Assembly (NCBI GenBank): GCA_040217195.1
Contig: JAVJNR010000002.1
Location: 64,001 to 128,000, forward strand
Length of the DNA stretch: 64,000 nt
Reading direction: 5' to 3'
DNA from: Leptospiraceae bacterium
GTDB lineage: Bacteria > Spirochaetota > Leptospiria > Leptospirales > Leptonemataceae
Below, in pieces: positions 18,370-28,572 of this stretch. A model generated the notes under the pieces. It did no database searches. It was given only the letters and a program-made list of their open reading frames with translations, and was not told the origin of the DNA. The translations under genes and the position numbers were made by a program. Position 1 is the stretch's first letter, and the number at the start of each line of letters is the position of its first letter.

Positions 18370-20062
18370 GATTACTTATAGATACGGACCCTACGAACCA
18401 GATCGCGACGGCCCCTGGGACATGGACCGGCTGATGTCAGTATTATCCGAAATGGTAATGCGATATGACATGCAGCTGGACGATGCTCTGAGAGAATTAA
18501 TCAATCGCGGCCTGCCGGTAAATCTATTTTTACAGGAAGGAGGAATGGATGATCTGGTAGATCAGTTTATCAATCAGCTGGATGAACAGTTAAAGGCAGT
18601 CCTGGAAAAATTTCATCTTCAAGATGCCATCGATAGTACCAGACAATCTCTGGATAGAAGCAGAAAGCAGTCTGAAGACCATCTAAAGAAACATCCAGAA
18701 CTAAAAGATCAACTGGGGTCAGCTGTAGAGCGAGAATCTAGCGATGAACTTTTTCGATTGAAGTGGGACCTGGTCAAGGAGTCCGGCGAAAAAGAGCTGG
18801 GAAAGTCCCTGTCACGACTGCAGAAGGATCTGGAAGATTTAAATACATTACAGGAAGGCCAGAAGCGATTTGCTTTTCGCGGCGAGGAAGGGCTGAGCCG
18901 GAAAGAGGCTCTGGAGCTCCTGAAGCAAATGCAGGATATGGATGAGCTCAAGCAGTCCATGAAGCAGGCTCAAGCCAATGGCGATCTGTTTAATTTCGAC
19001 CTGGAAAAGCTTGCCCGTTACCTTGGTCCGGAGTCCTATCAGGAGTTTCTTGAGCGCAGGGAAAGGATCATGAAAAACCTCCGCAAACTCATGGAGGATC
19101 AGGGTCAGGTGGTCCGGGATGAAGATTCCGGAGAAATGAAATTATCGCCGGCTTCCGTTCGCAGAATTGGCAGGCGAGCTCTGGAAGAGATATTTTCTGC
19201 GTTGAAATCAGATGATACCGGAGCGAATATCACAGCAGAAGAAGGAGAGGGCGAACAGGTATCCACAGAATCCAGACCCATGGAGTTCGGAGATAGTATT
19301 CATGCCCTGGATATTAGTGCCACTTTAATAAACAGCTACATTCGAACTGGATCCAGCCGACCCGGATTCCAGGATATTGAGATCTTTAAAAGTCGGGGAC
19401 AGGCTCGCTCGGCCACAGTGGTTCTTCTGGATATGTCCGGAAGTATGATGCGCGCGGAGAGATTCTATTATGCCAAACGAATGGTTCTGGCTCTGGATGC
19501 ATTGATTCGCGAAGATTACAAGGATGATCGCCTGATGGTTGTGGGATTCGGAACATTTGCCCGATCCTACACCCCGGCTGATATACCATCGCTACAGCCA
19601 TTTCCGGTGACCATGTTTGATCCCCATATCCGGTTACGACTGGATGCCACCAACGAAGACAGCATGGCATTTGCGCCTGAGTATTTTACCAATCTGCAGC
19701 GCGGCCTGTCCCTATCGCGCAAGCTACTGGGTAGCGGAGAAACAAAGAACAGACAGATTATTCTAATTACTGATGGAGTTCCTACGGCTCATTTCGAAGG
19801 AAACACTCTACGTATAAACTATCCTCCATCGCCCGGGGATTTTGATTTTGCTTTGAGGGAAACCCGGGGTGCCACAGACGATGGAATTGTAATCAATACC
19901 TTTCTGCTCACATCTGACTGGGAATTCAGCTACTTTGGAGATGAATCATTTATCCAGCAATTTGCCAAGCACAGTCAGGGGCGCATTTTTTATCCGCATC
20001 CAAAGCATATGGATCGCATGGTTCTGGTGGATTTCATTCAGAACAAAAAGACGCTGATTTGA
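18368..20062 (+). CDS. VWA-domain protein with N-terminal coiled region
   Basis: MIDAS DMSGSM, TNLQRGL, IILITDGVPTAH. Confidence 0.9.
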   Translation: MITYRYGPYEPDRDGPWDMDRLMSVLSEMVMRYDMQLDDALRELINRGLPVNLFLQEGGMDDLVDQFINQLDEQLKAVLEKFHLQDAIDSTRQSLDRSRKQSEDHLKKHPELKDQLGSAVERESSDELFRLKWDLVKESGEKELGKSLSRLQKDLEDLNTLQEGQKRFAFRGEEGLSRKEALELLKQMQDMDELKQSMKQAQANGDLFNFDLEKLARYLGPESYQEFLERRERIMKNLRKLMEDQGQVVRDEDSGEMKLSPASVRRIGRRALEEIFSALKSDDTGANITAEEGEGEQVSTESRPMEFGDSIHALDISATLINSYIRTGSSRPGFQDIEIFKSRGQARSATVVLLDMSGSMMRAERFYYAKRMVLALDALIREDYKDDRLMVVGFGTFARSYTPADIPSLQPFPVTMFDPHIRLRLDATNEDSMAFAPEYFTNLQRGLSLSRKLLGSGETKNRQIILITDGVPTAHFEGNTLRINYPPSPGDFDFALRETRGATDDGIVINTFLLTSDWEFSYFGDESFIQQFAKHSQGRIFYPHPKHMDRMVLVDFIQNKKTLI

Positions 20063-20132
20063 TCCCCAATTCAGAGTCATCCTGGACCTGGAAAAAGCTT
20101 GAGCATGTGCAGGCAGCAGGGACATTGCTGGA

Positions 20133-21242
20133 ATGAATTCCACCGCCTTTTCCATTAAGCCTTTCAATTCAGATGATATCCTGAAAACTCTCAAATCCTC
20201 CGGAATAGTTGAGGAGTCAGTGGGAGATTCTGTCCAGATCCAGAACATTGGACCTATTGACGATTGCGGTCCAGGGGATCTTGCATTTGCAGATAAAGAA
20301 AAATTCCTGATCAAGGCGCGGGAGCGAAAGCCAGCCTGCCTTGTTCTTAATGCCAGCCTTAAAGATAAGTTGGACGGTAAAGAGCCGTTTACAGTGATTC
20401 TGGTAAAGAATGTTGGCCTGGCTCACTCCTGGATTCGCAAAGCCCTGGGTGACGTTGACTTTGCCTCTACAGAAGACTGGGGACGAATCCATTCATCCGC
20501 TGTAATCCATGATTCGGTGCAGGTTCCGGAAAGTGTTGTAATTGGCCCTGGAGCTATTATTGGACCCAGAGTCAAATTTGGCGAGCGATGTGTAGTTATG
20601 GCCGGTGTTGTTGTAGAAAGGGATGCAGTGCTGGGCGATGATTGCGTTCTACATCCTGGTGTAGTTCTGGGATGGGGATGCATTCTGGGTCATCGTTGCA
20701 TTATTCGTAGCGGTACCATTATCGGATCCGAAGGCTTTGGTTTTGCCCAGGATGAAAGTAGATCCCATCATAGAATACCACAGACTGGTATCGTTCGGCT
20801 TGGAAACGATGTAGTTCTGGGTTCCAATAACTGTATCGATCGGGCCACCTACGGAGAGACTCTAATTCATGATAATGTGATCAGCGATAATTTATGTCAC
20901 CTGGCCCACAATGTTGATATCGGGGAAAAATCCATTCTGGTGGCCATGACCGGTATTGCTGGATCCACGAAACTTGGAAAGCGAGTCATATGCAGCGGCC
21001 AGACCGGAATTCTGGATCATATTACCATTCCCGATGACACAGTTCTTGTGGGCCGTGCCGCCGTGCTCAGTGATAACGTAAAGAAATCCGGAGTCTATGC
21101 TGGCTCTCCCTTACAACCCATCGCCGATTATCAGAAAAACAGCGTTCACATAAAGAATCTGGACAAAATGCGAAAAGAAATGAAGTCGCTGCAGAAGCGT
21201 CTGGAAGCCCTGGAGGGCAGCCAGAGCGGTCAATCTACTTGA
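20133..21242 (+). CDS. lpxD: UDP-3-O-acyl-glucosamine N-acyltransferase LpxD
   Basis: Hexapeptide repeats, IGSEGFGF, IPQTGIV, IDRATYGET, HLAHNV. Confidence 0.95.
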   Translation: MNSTAFSIKPFNSDDILKTLKSSGIVEESVGDSVQIQNIGPIDDCGPGDLAFADKEKFLIKARERKPACLVLNASLKDKLDGKEPFTVILVKNVGLAHSWIRKALGDVDFASTEDWGRIHSSAVIHDSVQVPESVVIGPGAIIGPRVKFGERCVVMAGVVVERDAVLGDDCVLHPGVVLGWGCILGHRCIIRSGTIIGSEGFGFAQDESRSHHRIPQTGIVRLGNDVVLGSNNCIDRATYGETLIHDNVISDNLCHLAHNVDIGEKSILVAMTGIAGSTKLGKRVICSGQTGILDHITIPDDTVLVGRAAVLSDNVKKSGVYAGSPLQPIADYQKNSVHIKNLDKMRKEMKSLQKRLEALEGSQSGQST

Positions 21243-21267
21243 CACGGTTCATGGATGCACCTGCATT
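21239..21267 (+). promoter_or_regulatory. Possible sigma70 promoter for the tRNA pair
   Basis: TTGACA (overlapping lpxD stop), 17 bp spacer, weak TGCATT -10, just upstream of tRNA. Confidence 0.35.
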
Positions 21268-21273
21268 GCCAGT

Positions 21274-21358
21274 GGAGGGATGTCCGAGCGGTTTAAGGAG
21301 GCGGTCTTGAAAACCGTTGTAGTTTACGCTACCGTGGGTTCGAATCCCACTCCCTCCG
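21274..21358 (+). tRNA. tRNA-Ser(TGA)
   Basis: GGAGGGA/TCCCTCC acceptor stem, anticodon loop CTTGAAA, long variable arm, GTTCGAATC; CCA not encoded. Confidence 0.96.
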
Positions 21359-21366
21359 AACGAACA

Positions 21367-21453
21367 GGAGAGGTGCCCGAGAGGCCGAAGGGAGCAGTTT
21401 GCTAAACTGTCGTAGGTGTACGCCTACCGAGGGTTCGAATCCCTCCCTCTCCG
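21367..21453 (+). tRNA. tRNA-Ser(GCT)
   Basis: GGAGAGG/CCTCTCC acceptor stem, anticodon loop TTGCTAA, long variable arm, GTTCGAATC; CCA not encoded. Confidence 0.96.
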
Positions 21454-21465
21454 CATTGGTGTCAC

Positions 21466-21897
21466 ATGGCAGATAAGGTCCGAGAGATCCAGGACAGGCT
21501 CCTGAAGAATATACAGGATGGTGATCAGCTAAGTGCTGCCATTGCCTACTTCCCACTAATTGGTTGGATTTATCCCCTGTATTTCAAAAAGGAGGATAAA
21601 CTCTGTCAATATCATGGCAAACAGGGCCAGAAGCTCAACGCCGTGCTGGTAGGGCTTTACATGGTTCTGTGGTTGCTGGAAAATTTCTGGCTTACAGCCT
21701 GGGTTTTTGGCACCGGTTCCTTGCTGAATCCGATTTCCTCTTCCATCAAAATCATTGCACTATTCGGTTATCTGGGACTTTCCCTGATGGCGGCTTACAG
21801 AGCTTTCATGGACGAAGAATGGGAGATACCCTTCCTGCAAGATATTGTGGATTTTTTCTGGGATCTATTTCCCGAGCGAAAGAACGATCAGGACTAG
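21466..21897 (+). CDS. DUF4870-like membrane protein
   Basis: AAIAYFPLIGWI...YHGKQG...AYRAF...WEIPFL pattern. Confidence 0.75.
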   Translation: MADKVREIQDRLLKNIQDGDQLSAAIAYFPLIGWIYPLYFKKEDKLCQYHGKQGQKLNAVLVGLYMVLWLLENFWLTAWVFGTGSLLNPISSSIKIIALFGYLGLSLMAAYRAFMDEEWEIPFLQDIVDFFWDLFPERKNDQD

Positions 21898-22299
21898 ATG
21901 AAATATCTAAAGCAGCTAAAAGAGTACTGGCTTTCCAGACCAGATAGGGTTCGCTCCATAGTGTACCTGATTCCATCGTTCGTTTTTTTCTTACCCGGCC
22001 TGCTCATTGATTCAGGACGGGCGCAAAAGGCTGCGCTCAGATCGTTTTGTCTGGGTTTGTTATTTCTGGGGGTTGTATTTCTAATCTATCTGTTTCATTT
22101 CTACATCTGGACTCAGTCTGTTGAGCTCCGGTACTTTCGACAGCTGGTCTTTTTCTTTCTGCAACTGGCCGCCATCCTGGCCTACGTTGGACTTAGCGGA
22201 AAACTGATCCTTGCCGAATCGAAGGACAACCCGACGCCGGATTTCTGGCTGGATCGGGTGAGCAATAAAGTAGTTCGCTTTCTTGAATTCAAAGCCTGA
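21898..22299 (+). CDS. Hypothetical membrane protein (possible distant paralog of upstream gene)
   Basis: 3 hydrophobic segments; starts directly after the upstream TAG. Confidence 0.7.
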   Translation: MKYLKQLKEYWLSRPDRVRSIVYLIPSFVFFLPGLLIDSGRAQKAALRSFCLGLLFLGVVFLIYLFHFYIWTQSVELRYFRQLVFFFLQLAAILAYVGLSGKLILAESKDNPTPDFWLDRVSNKVVRFLEFKA

Positions 22300-22361
22300 A
22301 TCGAATTTCCGTTCAAGTAACTGGTAATCCAGACTGATACTTTCTGAAGCAGACCGTACGC

Positions 22362-23471
22362 TTATAGTCTGGATGCCACGGATTGATACAGTGGAATTAG
22401 CGCATCCACATGGGCATCCCATGTGAAATTCCTGGCCTGGGCTGGTCCTTCCTTCCTCATTCGCATGCGAATGGACTTATTCTCCAGAACTCTCAATACT
22501 ACTTCTCTTAGTTCGGACTCTGCCTCGGGGTCAAAATACAGTGGCACATCACCGCCTACTTCTGGTAGACTGCTTCGACTGGAAGAAATAACCGGTGTTC
22601 CGCAGGCCATTGCTTCTGCCAGGGGAAATCCAAAGCCCTCCAACAGGGATGGCATGATGAATACATCGGCCGCACCGTACAGCAATGGTAGCTCATGGTT
22701 TTCGAAGAAAGGTAGGATACGAATTCGATCTGAATATTCAAAGCCATTCAAGGCATCCGCCAGGTAACCAGGAAGCTTTCCTCCGGTGCCGGCAATGCAT
22801 AGATCCAGCTTTAAATCTCCATCCCATAGGTTCTTTAAAGATCGAACTACAAAGTCCACGTTCTTATGCTTTTTTCCGATTCCTACGCAAAGTGCGAAAG
22901 GATTCTTCAATTTATACTTCTTGCGAAAAGCAGCAATTTCTTTGGCAGGGCGCACTTTGAATAATTGATGATCGATGCCGTTATAAATGGTGCTAATCCT
23001 GTCAGCAGATGCAGGGAAGTTTTCTATCATCCTGTTTTTAGAATGATTGGATACGGTGGCTATGGCACCGGCCCGGGATGCTACCTGTTTCAAAAAGAAG
23101 GAAGCATAGAAGCGATAAACAGGATTGGAGAATTCCTGACTGTCCAGATGTATCAAATCATGTACCACTACAACGCTTCGACGCAGGTACTTAAGGGCTG
23201 CATTGTAATGCGGGCTATGGATTACCTCCCCTTTTCGAGGGGCAGGAAACTGGAAGTGCTCACGGATGGAATAAATACCTGCGGTAAAAGGACGAATCTC
23301 ACCGGAAAAATCTGGTAAATACTTCTGGATAGTATCTTGATCTCCAGCAAGGGTCAATCGGACCTCCGGTCTATGGATGAGGAGATTCAGAACGCTATAG
23401 ACCTGGGTGCCAATGCCAGAAAATCCCAGCATGCGGGCATCGAACAGAACGGGTAGGGGCGATTTTGCCAT
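22362..23471 (-). CDS. Glycosyltransferase family 4
   Basis: VLFDAR...GIG, VHDLIH, PSLLEGFGFPLAEAMACGTPVI; start MAKSPLPV at 23471. Confidence 0.93.
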   Translation of the reverse strand: MAKSPLPVLFDARMLGFSGIGTQVYSVLNLLIHRPEVRLTLAGDQDTIQKYLPDFSGEIRPFTAGIYSIREHFQFPAPRKGEVIHSPHYNAALKYLRRSVVVVHDLIHLDSQEFSNPVYRFYASFFLKQVASRAGAIATVSNHSKNRMIENFPASADRISTIYNGIDHQLFKVRPAKEIAAFRKKYKLKNPFALCVGIGKKHKNVDFVVRSLKNLWDGDLKLDLCIAGTGGKLPGYLADALNGFEYSDRIRILPFFENHELPLLYGAADVFIMPSLLEGFGFPLAEAMACGTPVISSSRSSLPEVGGDVPLYFDPEAESELREVVLRVLENKSIRMRMRKEGPAQARNFTWDAHVDALIPLYQSVASRL

Positions 23472-23600
23472 GAAAACCACTTGAAACCAGATGCTATTGC
23501 AACCGTCAATGCATTCGAAGTGCTTTTGGACAATATGAAATTCCATCCGCAGCCGGGGCCAGATGACCGGCCACAAAGATCGCTGCATTCTCAGAGTTGG

Positions 23601-23954
23601 TTGAAATCGCTACATTGCCTGCTTCGTGGTGCTGATAAAGCGTGTTGCCGGAAGACTTTTGCCTGTCTGCTTCTGCCTTTTCTGGGGCTTGTATTTACGC
23701 CTGGCTGTTCCAGGTCGTCGGCCAATCAGTATGATTCCGGAGAGGCCAATGTCATGATAGCTGCGGCCTATGCGGCCAAGGATGGAGAATGCGGGACCAG
23801 TCATACATTCACTTCTATATTATTCTTTCCCGCTGACAGGGCTAACGTGGAAGCCTGCGCTGCTGCCATCCTGGATACCAGCTGCACGGACTGGTCAGTA
23901 ACAGATCCCACTCCCGATGTTTGTAAATTCATTGGAGTGCAATTCGAAAGCTAA
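23601..23954 (+). CDS. Small cysteine-rich putative lipoprotein (start uncertain)
   Basis: LLLPFLGLVFTPGC lipobox-like segment and 4 further Cys in the mature part. Confidence 0.65.
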   Translation: MKSLHCLLRGADKACCRKTFACLLLPFLGLVFTPGCSRSSANQYDSGEANVMIAAAYAAKDGECGTSHTFTSILFFPADRANVEACAAAILDTSCTDWSVTDPTPDVCKFIGVQFES

Positions 23955-23960
23955 GAAATT

Positions 23961-25034
23961 TCAGAGCTTGCCGTAGGCTCGATCTATGTATTGCACAGTT
24001 TGTAGCCCCTGAACAGTCTGCGTGCGATTATATAGATGCCGTTGCTCGGAGCTCGTTGCTATCTGCGAGTACATATTGATCCAGGGATTCTTTTTACTCC
24101 CGGTGAGCGGAAAGCGAATCTCCTTTAACTCTTGAAAGCCGCCATATCTGGAAGAGGGGCCGGTTTTCCAGATTTCAAATCCGTTGTTTCCGCAATGGAT
24201 TCTACCCCGACTGAAATCCAGTTCCATCTCAAATTCAAAGTAGCGATTGCGAGCTCCTGTATCCAGGCTGGCGACGAAATTGGAATAATGAAATTGTAGA
24301 TGCGAAGAGTGTTCCAGGCCTTTTTTATCTCGCATTATTCTGCCGGTCATCGTTTCGGGCAATCCGCAGTACCAGAACAATAGATCCAGCCAGTGCACTG
24401 CATCGTGAAGCAGTGGACCGGATCCAGCATGAATGGGAGATGCGCCAGAGTACACTCTGCCTCGAATCGTACGTAGGGATCCCAGGCTTTCCTTCTGGAT
24501 GTATTGCTGGACCTTTCTGTAGCCGGAATGGTACCTACGTTCAAAATTGATCCAGAGTCGACTGTTCGTGGAATCCATTCCCTTCTGTAGCTCTTTGATA
24601 TCGCGGTTGTTTTCGCCGGGTGGCTTTTCAATTAGAACATCTGAAATGCCCAGATGCATCAATCGCAGGGCCTGTGAGGTATGCACTTCCTGGGGCGTTG
24701 CAACTATGGCTAGATCTATGTGTCCTGTGTTACTGCTGGCTGAACCGGTCCTTCTGTTTGATCGCTTCGCGGTATTTATAGTTTTGCCGGATGCTTCGGA
24801 TTCTATCCAGGAAAACATTTCATCTGGATTCTGAAATGCTCGAACTGGTTCGGGCCACCATTTCAGGAATTTCTTAATTTGTTCCGGATCTATGTCGCAC
24901 ACGGCTACCAGTTGAAATTTATTTCTGAGAGCCAGGATAGTTCCGGCATGGGTACATGGGTGATATCTAAGTTTGTCGTTTTCCAGAGACCAGGCAATGC
25001 GTCCAAGTCCTATTAAGATGGCCCGACGCTTCAC
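23961..25034 (-). CDS. Gfo/Idh/MocA family oxidoreductase
   Basis: IGLGRIA, VATP...H, LIEKP, NFERRY, LLHDAVHWLD. Confidence 0.9.
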   Translation of the reverse strand: MKRRAILIGLGRIAWSLENDKLRYHPCTHAGTILALRNKFQLVAVCDIDPEQIKKFLKWWPEPVRAFQNPDEMFSWIESEASGKTINTAKRSNRRTGSASSNTGHIDLAIVATPQEVHTSQALRLMHLGISDVLIEKPPGENNRDIKELQKGMDSTNSRLWINFERRYHSGYRKVQQYIQKESLGSLRTIRGRVYSGASPIHAGSGPLLHDAVHWLDLLFWYCGLPETMTGRIMRDKKGLEHSSHLQFHYSNFVASLDTGARNRYFEFEMELDFSRGRIHCGNNGFEIWKTGPSSRYGGFQELKEIRFPLTGSKKNPWINMYSQIATSSEQRHLYNRTQTVQGLQTVQYIDRAYGKL

Positions 25035-25297
25035 TTGATGATCTTTTCCAGCAGCCAGAGAATTCCAATGAAATAGAATCCCCAGAGAAGGGATCCCAGA
25101 GTAAACGATGCGATTATGACCATTGGATGGGGCATGGCCAGATATAAAATACTGAGTGGCATGTCTGCCAGAATATGCGAAGTGCAGCTGGCATTAATAC
25201 AATCCATGTCCAGGATACGTGAACGGGTCCATACAAAGATTACGTGCACCGCAAATCCTATCCAGAAGGCCAGTTTATAGTTAGAGTTGGATCGCAT
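25031..25297 (-). CDS. Small hypothetical membrane protein
   Basis: 88 aa, hydrophobic; GTGA overlap with downstream gene. Confidence 0.65.
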   Translation of the reverse strand: MRSNSNYKLAFWIGFAVHVIFVWTRSRILDMDCINASCTSHILADMPLSILYLAMPHPMVIIASFTLGSLLWGFYFIGILWLLEKIIK

Positions 25298-25352
25298 TTT
25301 CTTTCCGCTTTACGTCCCACCGGCGGACTTCTACGCTGACGGCACCAGTATT

Positions 25353-27293
25353 ATGGAATCCGCCCTGAAGAAAAGTAGAATCCGTCCGCTGTCCCCGTTG
25401 CTCGTAGATCGCATCGCTGCTGGAGAAGTAATCGATGGCCCTGCCTCGGTGGTCAAGGAACTGATGGAAAATGCCCTGGATGCCGGAGCCACCAGTGTCC
25501 AGGTGGAAACCAGCGGTGGAGGAATCAACTGGATAGCTGTTGAAGACGATGGTAACGGAATTCAAGCAGAAGATTTGCCTCTGGCTATTCAAAAACATGC
25601 CACTTCGAAAGTGGAGACTCTGGACGATATCAATGAAGTGCTGAGTTATGGATTTCGTGGAGAGGCCCTTTCCTCCATTGCATCCATAAGTTATCTTGAA
25701 ATTCTCACTAAATCCTCGGAGGAGTCCCGGGGCGCTCGAATCATCAGTCGTGGCGGAGAACCGGGACCGGTGGAGCCGGCTCCTCGCACCAGAGGGACTA
25801 GAATTTATGTAGAGGATCTGTTCTATTCCACACCGGCCAGAAAGAAGTTTCTGAAATCTGAGAAATCCGAGAATCAAAAGATTCACCGAGAATTTGTTCG
25901 TCTGGCCATGGCCCGATTACAGGTGAGCTGGAAACTGGTTAGAGATGATAAGACGATTCTGGATCTACCGGCAGGCCAGTCCTTTGAGGCTCGCGTGGGC
26001 TCAATCTTTACCGAGAATCTGGCCAGGCATCTGTTGCCTGTAAGTTCCCATGGAACGGGAATTTCCATCAGCGGATTCATTTCAGACCATGACTTTTTTA
26101 GAGCTACCAGAGACCGTCAGTTTAGCTGGATTAACGGACGACCGGTGGAGCTAAAAAATCTGTCCTTTCTGGTGAAAAAAGGATATGGAGAGATCATTCC
26201 CCATGGATCGCATCCGGCTTTTTTTCTATTTCTGGAAGTGGAGCCTGACCGTGTGGATGTAAACGTCCATCCGGCCAAGAGGGAAGTCAGGTTACTGGAT
26301 GAATCTTTGCTTTATGGGCTGGTGCAGCGAGCAGTGGTGCCGGTTATATTTCCGGATGAGCCTCTTCCGTTTAAAAAAGGAAGCTGGCAAAGCGGTATGT
26401 TTTCAGGCGGACCGGACAAATTTGCTGGTTCCGGGACAATCGACTCTTCGAATTTGGATGCCACATCAGGGAGTTCCGATATGCCCCGGTTTCGGGAATC
26501 GGTAGATTCTCTTTTGTTTTCAGCTCAATCCAGTCTGAGTCTGAGTCAGAGCCGTGCCTATGAGATTCGCAGCGGCGGATGGCAGGCAGGCGAAACAGAA
26601 TCGGAATACTCTCTTTCCACGGATTATTCTTCGCAACCATCGACTCATGCAAATGAAGCGAATCATTTCAACGATTCTGATTCGGAATCCGCTGGTTCCG
26701 AAAGCACCAATGTTCAATCTGGTTTTCTTCCCTTAAGACATTTCGGCGTTATATTTGGAACCTACATTCTTGCAGAGGCGGAGGATGGATTCTATATAAT
26801 TGATCAACATACAGCCCATGAACGCATTAATTATGAGATTAGGAGGAAGGCTTTAGAAGATCGAAGCTTTGGTACTCAGAATTTGCTCACACCTCTGGTT
26901 CTGGATTACTCCAGACAGGAAGCGGAAGCAATTCTGGAACATAGTCAGGAATTACAGGATGCCGGGTTTCAACTGGACTCCATCGGTGAAGGTCAACTGG
27001 CATTGAGAATGGTGCCGGATTTCCTGGATCCAGGCTCGGAAGTGGATACAATAATGCACGTTATACAACGACTTTCCGAGGGGGAATCCATGGTTCGCGT
27101 ATACGATGAATATGCAGCCATGAAAGCCTGCAAAGCTTCGATCAAGAAGAACGATGTTGTGCATGGAAGTGTACTTGCAGAAATTGTAAAACAGCTCAGT
27201 CAATGTGAAGACCCGTCTCGTTGCCCCCATGGAAGGCCCACAATGCTACGCTTAACTCGCAATGAACTGGATCGAATGTTTCATCGTACGTAA
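25353..27293 (+). CDS. mutL: DNA mismatch repair endonuclease MutL
   Basis: IAAGEVI, KELMENALDAGA, GFRGEALSSI, DVNVHPAKREV, DQHTAHERINYE, CPHGRP. Confidence 0.97.
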   Translation: MESALKKSRIRPLSPLLVDRIAAGEVIDGPASVVKELMENALDAGATSVQVETSGGGINWIAVEDDGNGIQAEDLPLAIQKHATSKVETLDDINEVLSYGFRGEALSSIASISYLEILTKSSEESRGARIISRGGEPGPVEPAPRTRGTRIYVEDLFYSTPARKKFLKSEKSENQKIHREFVRLAMARLQVSWKLVRDDKTILDLPAGQSFEARVGSIFTENLARHLLPVSSHGTGISISGFISDHDFFRATRDRQFSWINGRPVELKNLSFLVKKGYGEIIPHGSHPAFFLFLEVEPDRVDVNVHPAKREVRLLDESLLYGLVQRAVVPVIFPDEPLPFKKGSWQSGMFSGGPDKFAGSGTIDSSNLDATSGSSDMPRFRESVDSLLFSAQSSLSLSQSRAYEIRSGGWQAGETESEYSLSTDYSSQPSTHANEANHFNDSDSESAGSESTNVQSGFLPLRHFGVIFGTYILAEAEDGFYIIDQHTAHERINYEIRRKALEDRSFGTQNLLTPLVLDYSRQEAEAILEHSQELQDAGFQLDSIGEGQLALRMVPDFLDPGSEVDTIMHVIQRLSEGESMVRVYDEYAAMKACKASIKKNDVVHGSVLAEIVKQLSQCEDPSRCPHGRPTMLRLTRNELDRMFHRT

Positions 27294-27341
27294 CTTTTTT
27301 TCATGGAACTTATGCCCGCCATTTATCTACTGGAATAAGGA

Positions 27342-27881
27342 ATGAAACCAGAAACCATAGTTATTGCTGTATCCGGCAGTATTGCAGCCTACAAGACCTG
27401 TGATCTGGTGCGAAATCTCAGTCGAAAGAAAATTCCGGTGAGAGTCTGTATGACTCGAAATGCCACTCGGTTTGTGGGACCTGTAACTTTTCAGACTCTT
27501 AGCGGTCAGGACGTTATAGTCGATGAATGGGATCATGGTATGCTTCACATAGACCTTAAAAATGAAGCAGCCCTATTTGCGGTCATTCCGGCTACGGCCA
27601 ATATAATCGGAAAGATGGCTTCCGGAATTGCAGACGATGCAGTGACCAGTACCTATTTAGCTCTTCAATGCCCGGCTTTTGTTGCTCCTGCCATGAATCC
27701 CAATATGTACAGTCATTCAGCGGTGCAGAGAAACTTGAAGGTGCTGCAGGATGATGGTGTTACAATTCTGGATCCGGCCTCCGGAGAGGTGATCTGCGGA
27801 GATGTGGGTCAGGGAAAAATGGAAGAAATCCAGAAGATTGAAGCGAAACTACTGGAGAAATATAACGAAATAATCTCATGA
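27342..27881 (+). CDS. coaC: Phosphopantothenoylcysteine decarboxylase (stand-alone)
   Basis: [42 protein letters not shown]. Confidence 0.93.
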   Translation: MKPETIVIAVSGSIAAYKTCDLVRNLSRKKIPVRVCMTRNATRFVGPVTFQTLSGQDVIVDEWDHGMLHIDLKNEAALFAVIPATANIIGKMASGIADDAVTSTYLALQCPAFVAPAMNPNMYSHSAVQRNLKVLQDDGVTILDPASGEVICGDVGQGKMEEIQKIEAKLLEKYNEIIS

Positions 27882-28561
27882 ACTTGAAGGATTTCAAGCT
27901 AATCGTAACGTCCGGACCCACACGTGAGTGGATTGATCCGGTTCGATTCATATCCAATCCATCCACGGGTCAGACAGGATGGGAGCTGGCCAGGCATGGA
28001 ATTGCCCGCTTCAAAGAAGTGGTCTACATTTGCGGACCGGCGCACCGGGAATACCTGCAGGTACCGGGAGCCAGAAATATTTCTGTGATAACTACCGAGG
28101 AACTGGCACAGGCGGTTCAGACTGAAGTGGATAGCCGCTGTTTGCTAATAATGGCTGCGGCTCCCGCCGATTTCACTCCATCCAATCCAGGTGCCCAGAA
28201 GATCAAAAAATCTGCCTCAGAAGGAATGACTCTGGAATTAAAGCCCACAACAGACGTGCTCATAAGCGTATCTGAATTGGATCATCCGAATTTTTTTCGA
28301 GTGGGTTTTGCTGCAGAAACAACAGACCTGCAGGAACATGCACTGGAGAAAATGCAACGCAAGAAACTACACTTTGTTTGTGCCAACCGGGTCTACCGGG
28401 AAGAAGTGGGTTTTGGTTCTCACGACAACACCCTATTTGTGATCGATCGGGATGGCCGGGAAGAGACGGTGGGCCCCTGTTCCAAGGACCTGCTGGCCCA
28501 GAACCTGCTGGATTATTTGATTCTACGGATTCAGACTCTTTCCGATAGTACAGTTAGATAG
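27878..28561 (+). CDS. coaB: Phosphopantothenate-cysteine ligase (stand-alone)
   Basis: [40 protein letters not shown]. Confidence 0.93.
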   Translation: MNLKDFKLIVTSGPTREWIDPVRFISNPSTGQTGWELARHGIARFKEVVYICGPAHREYLQVPGARNISVITTEELAQAVQTEVDSRCLLIMAAAPADFTPSNPGAQKIKKSASEGMTLELKPTTDVLISVSELDHPNFFRVGFAAETTDLQEHALEKMQRKKLHFVCANRVYREEVGFGSHDNTLFVIDRDGREETVGPCSKDLLAQNLLDYLILRIQTLSDSTVR

Positions 28562-28572
28562 CAGGAGGGAAA

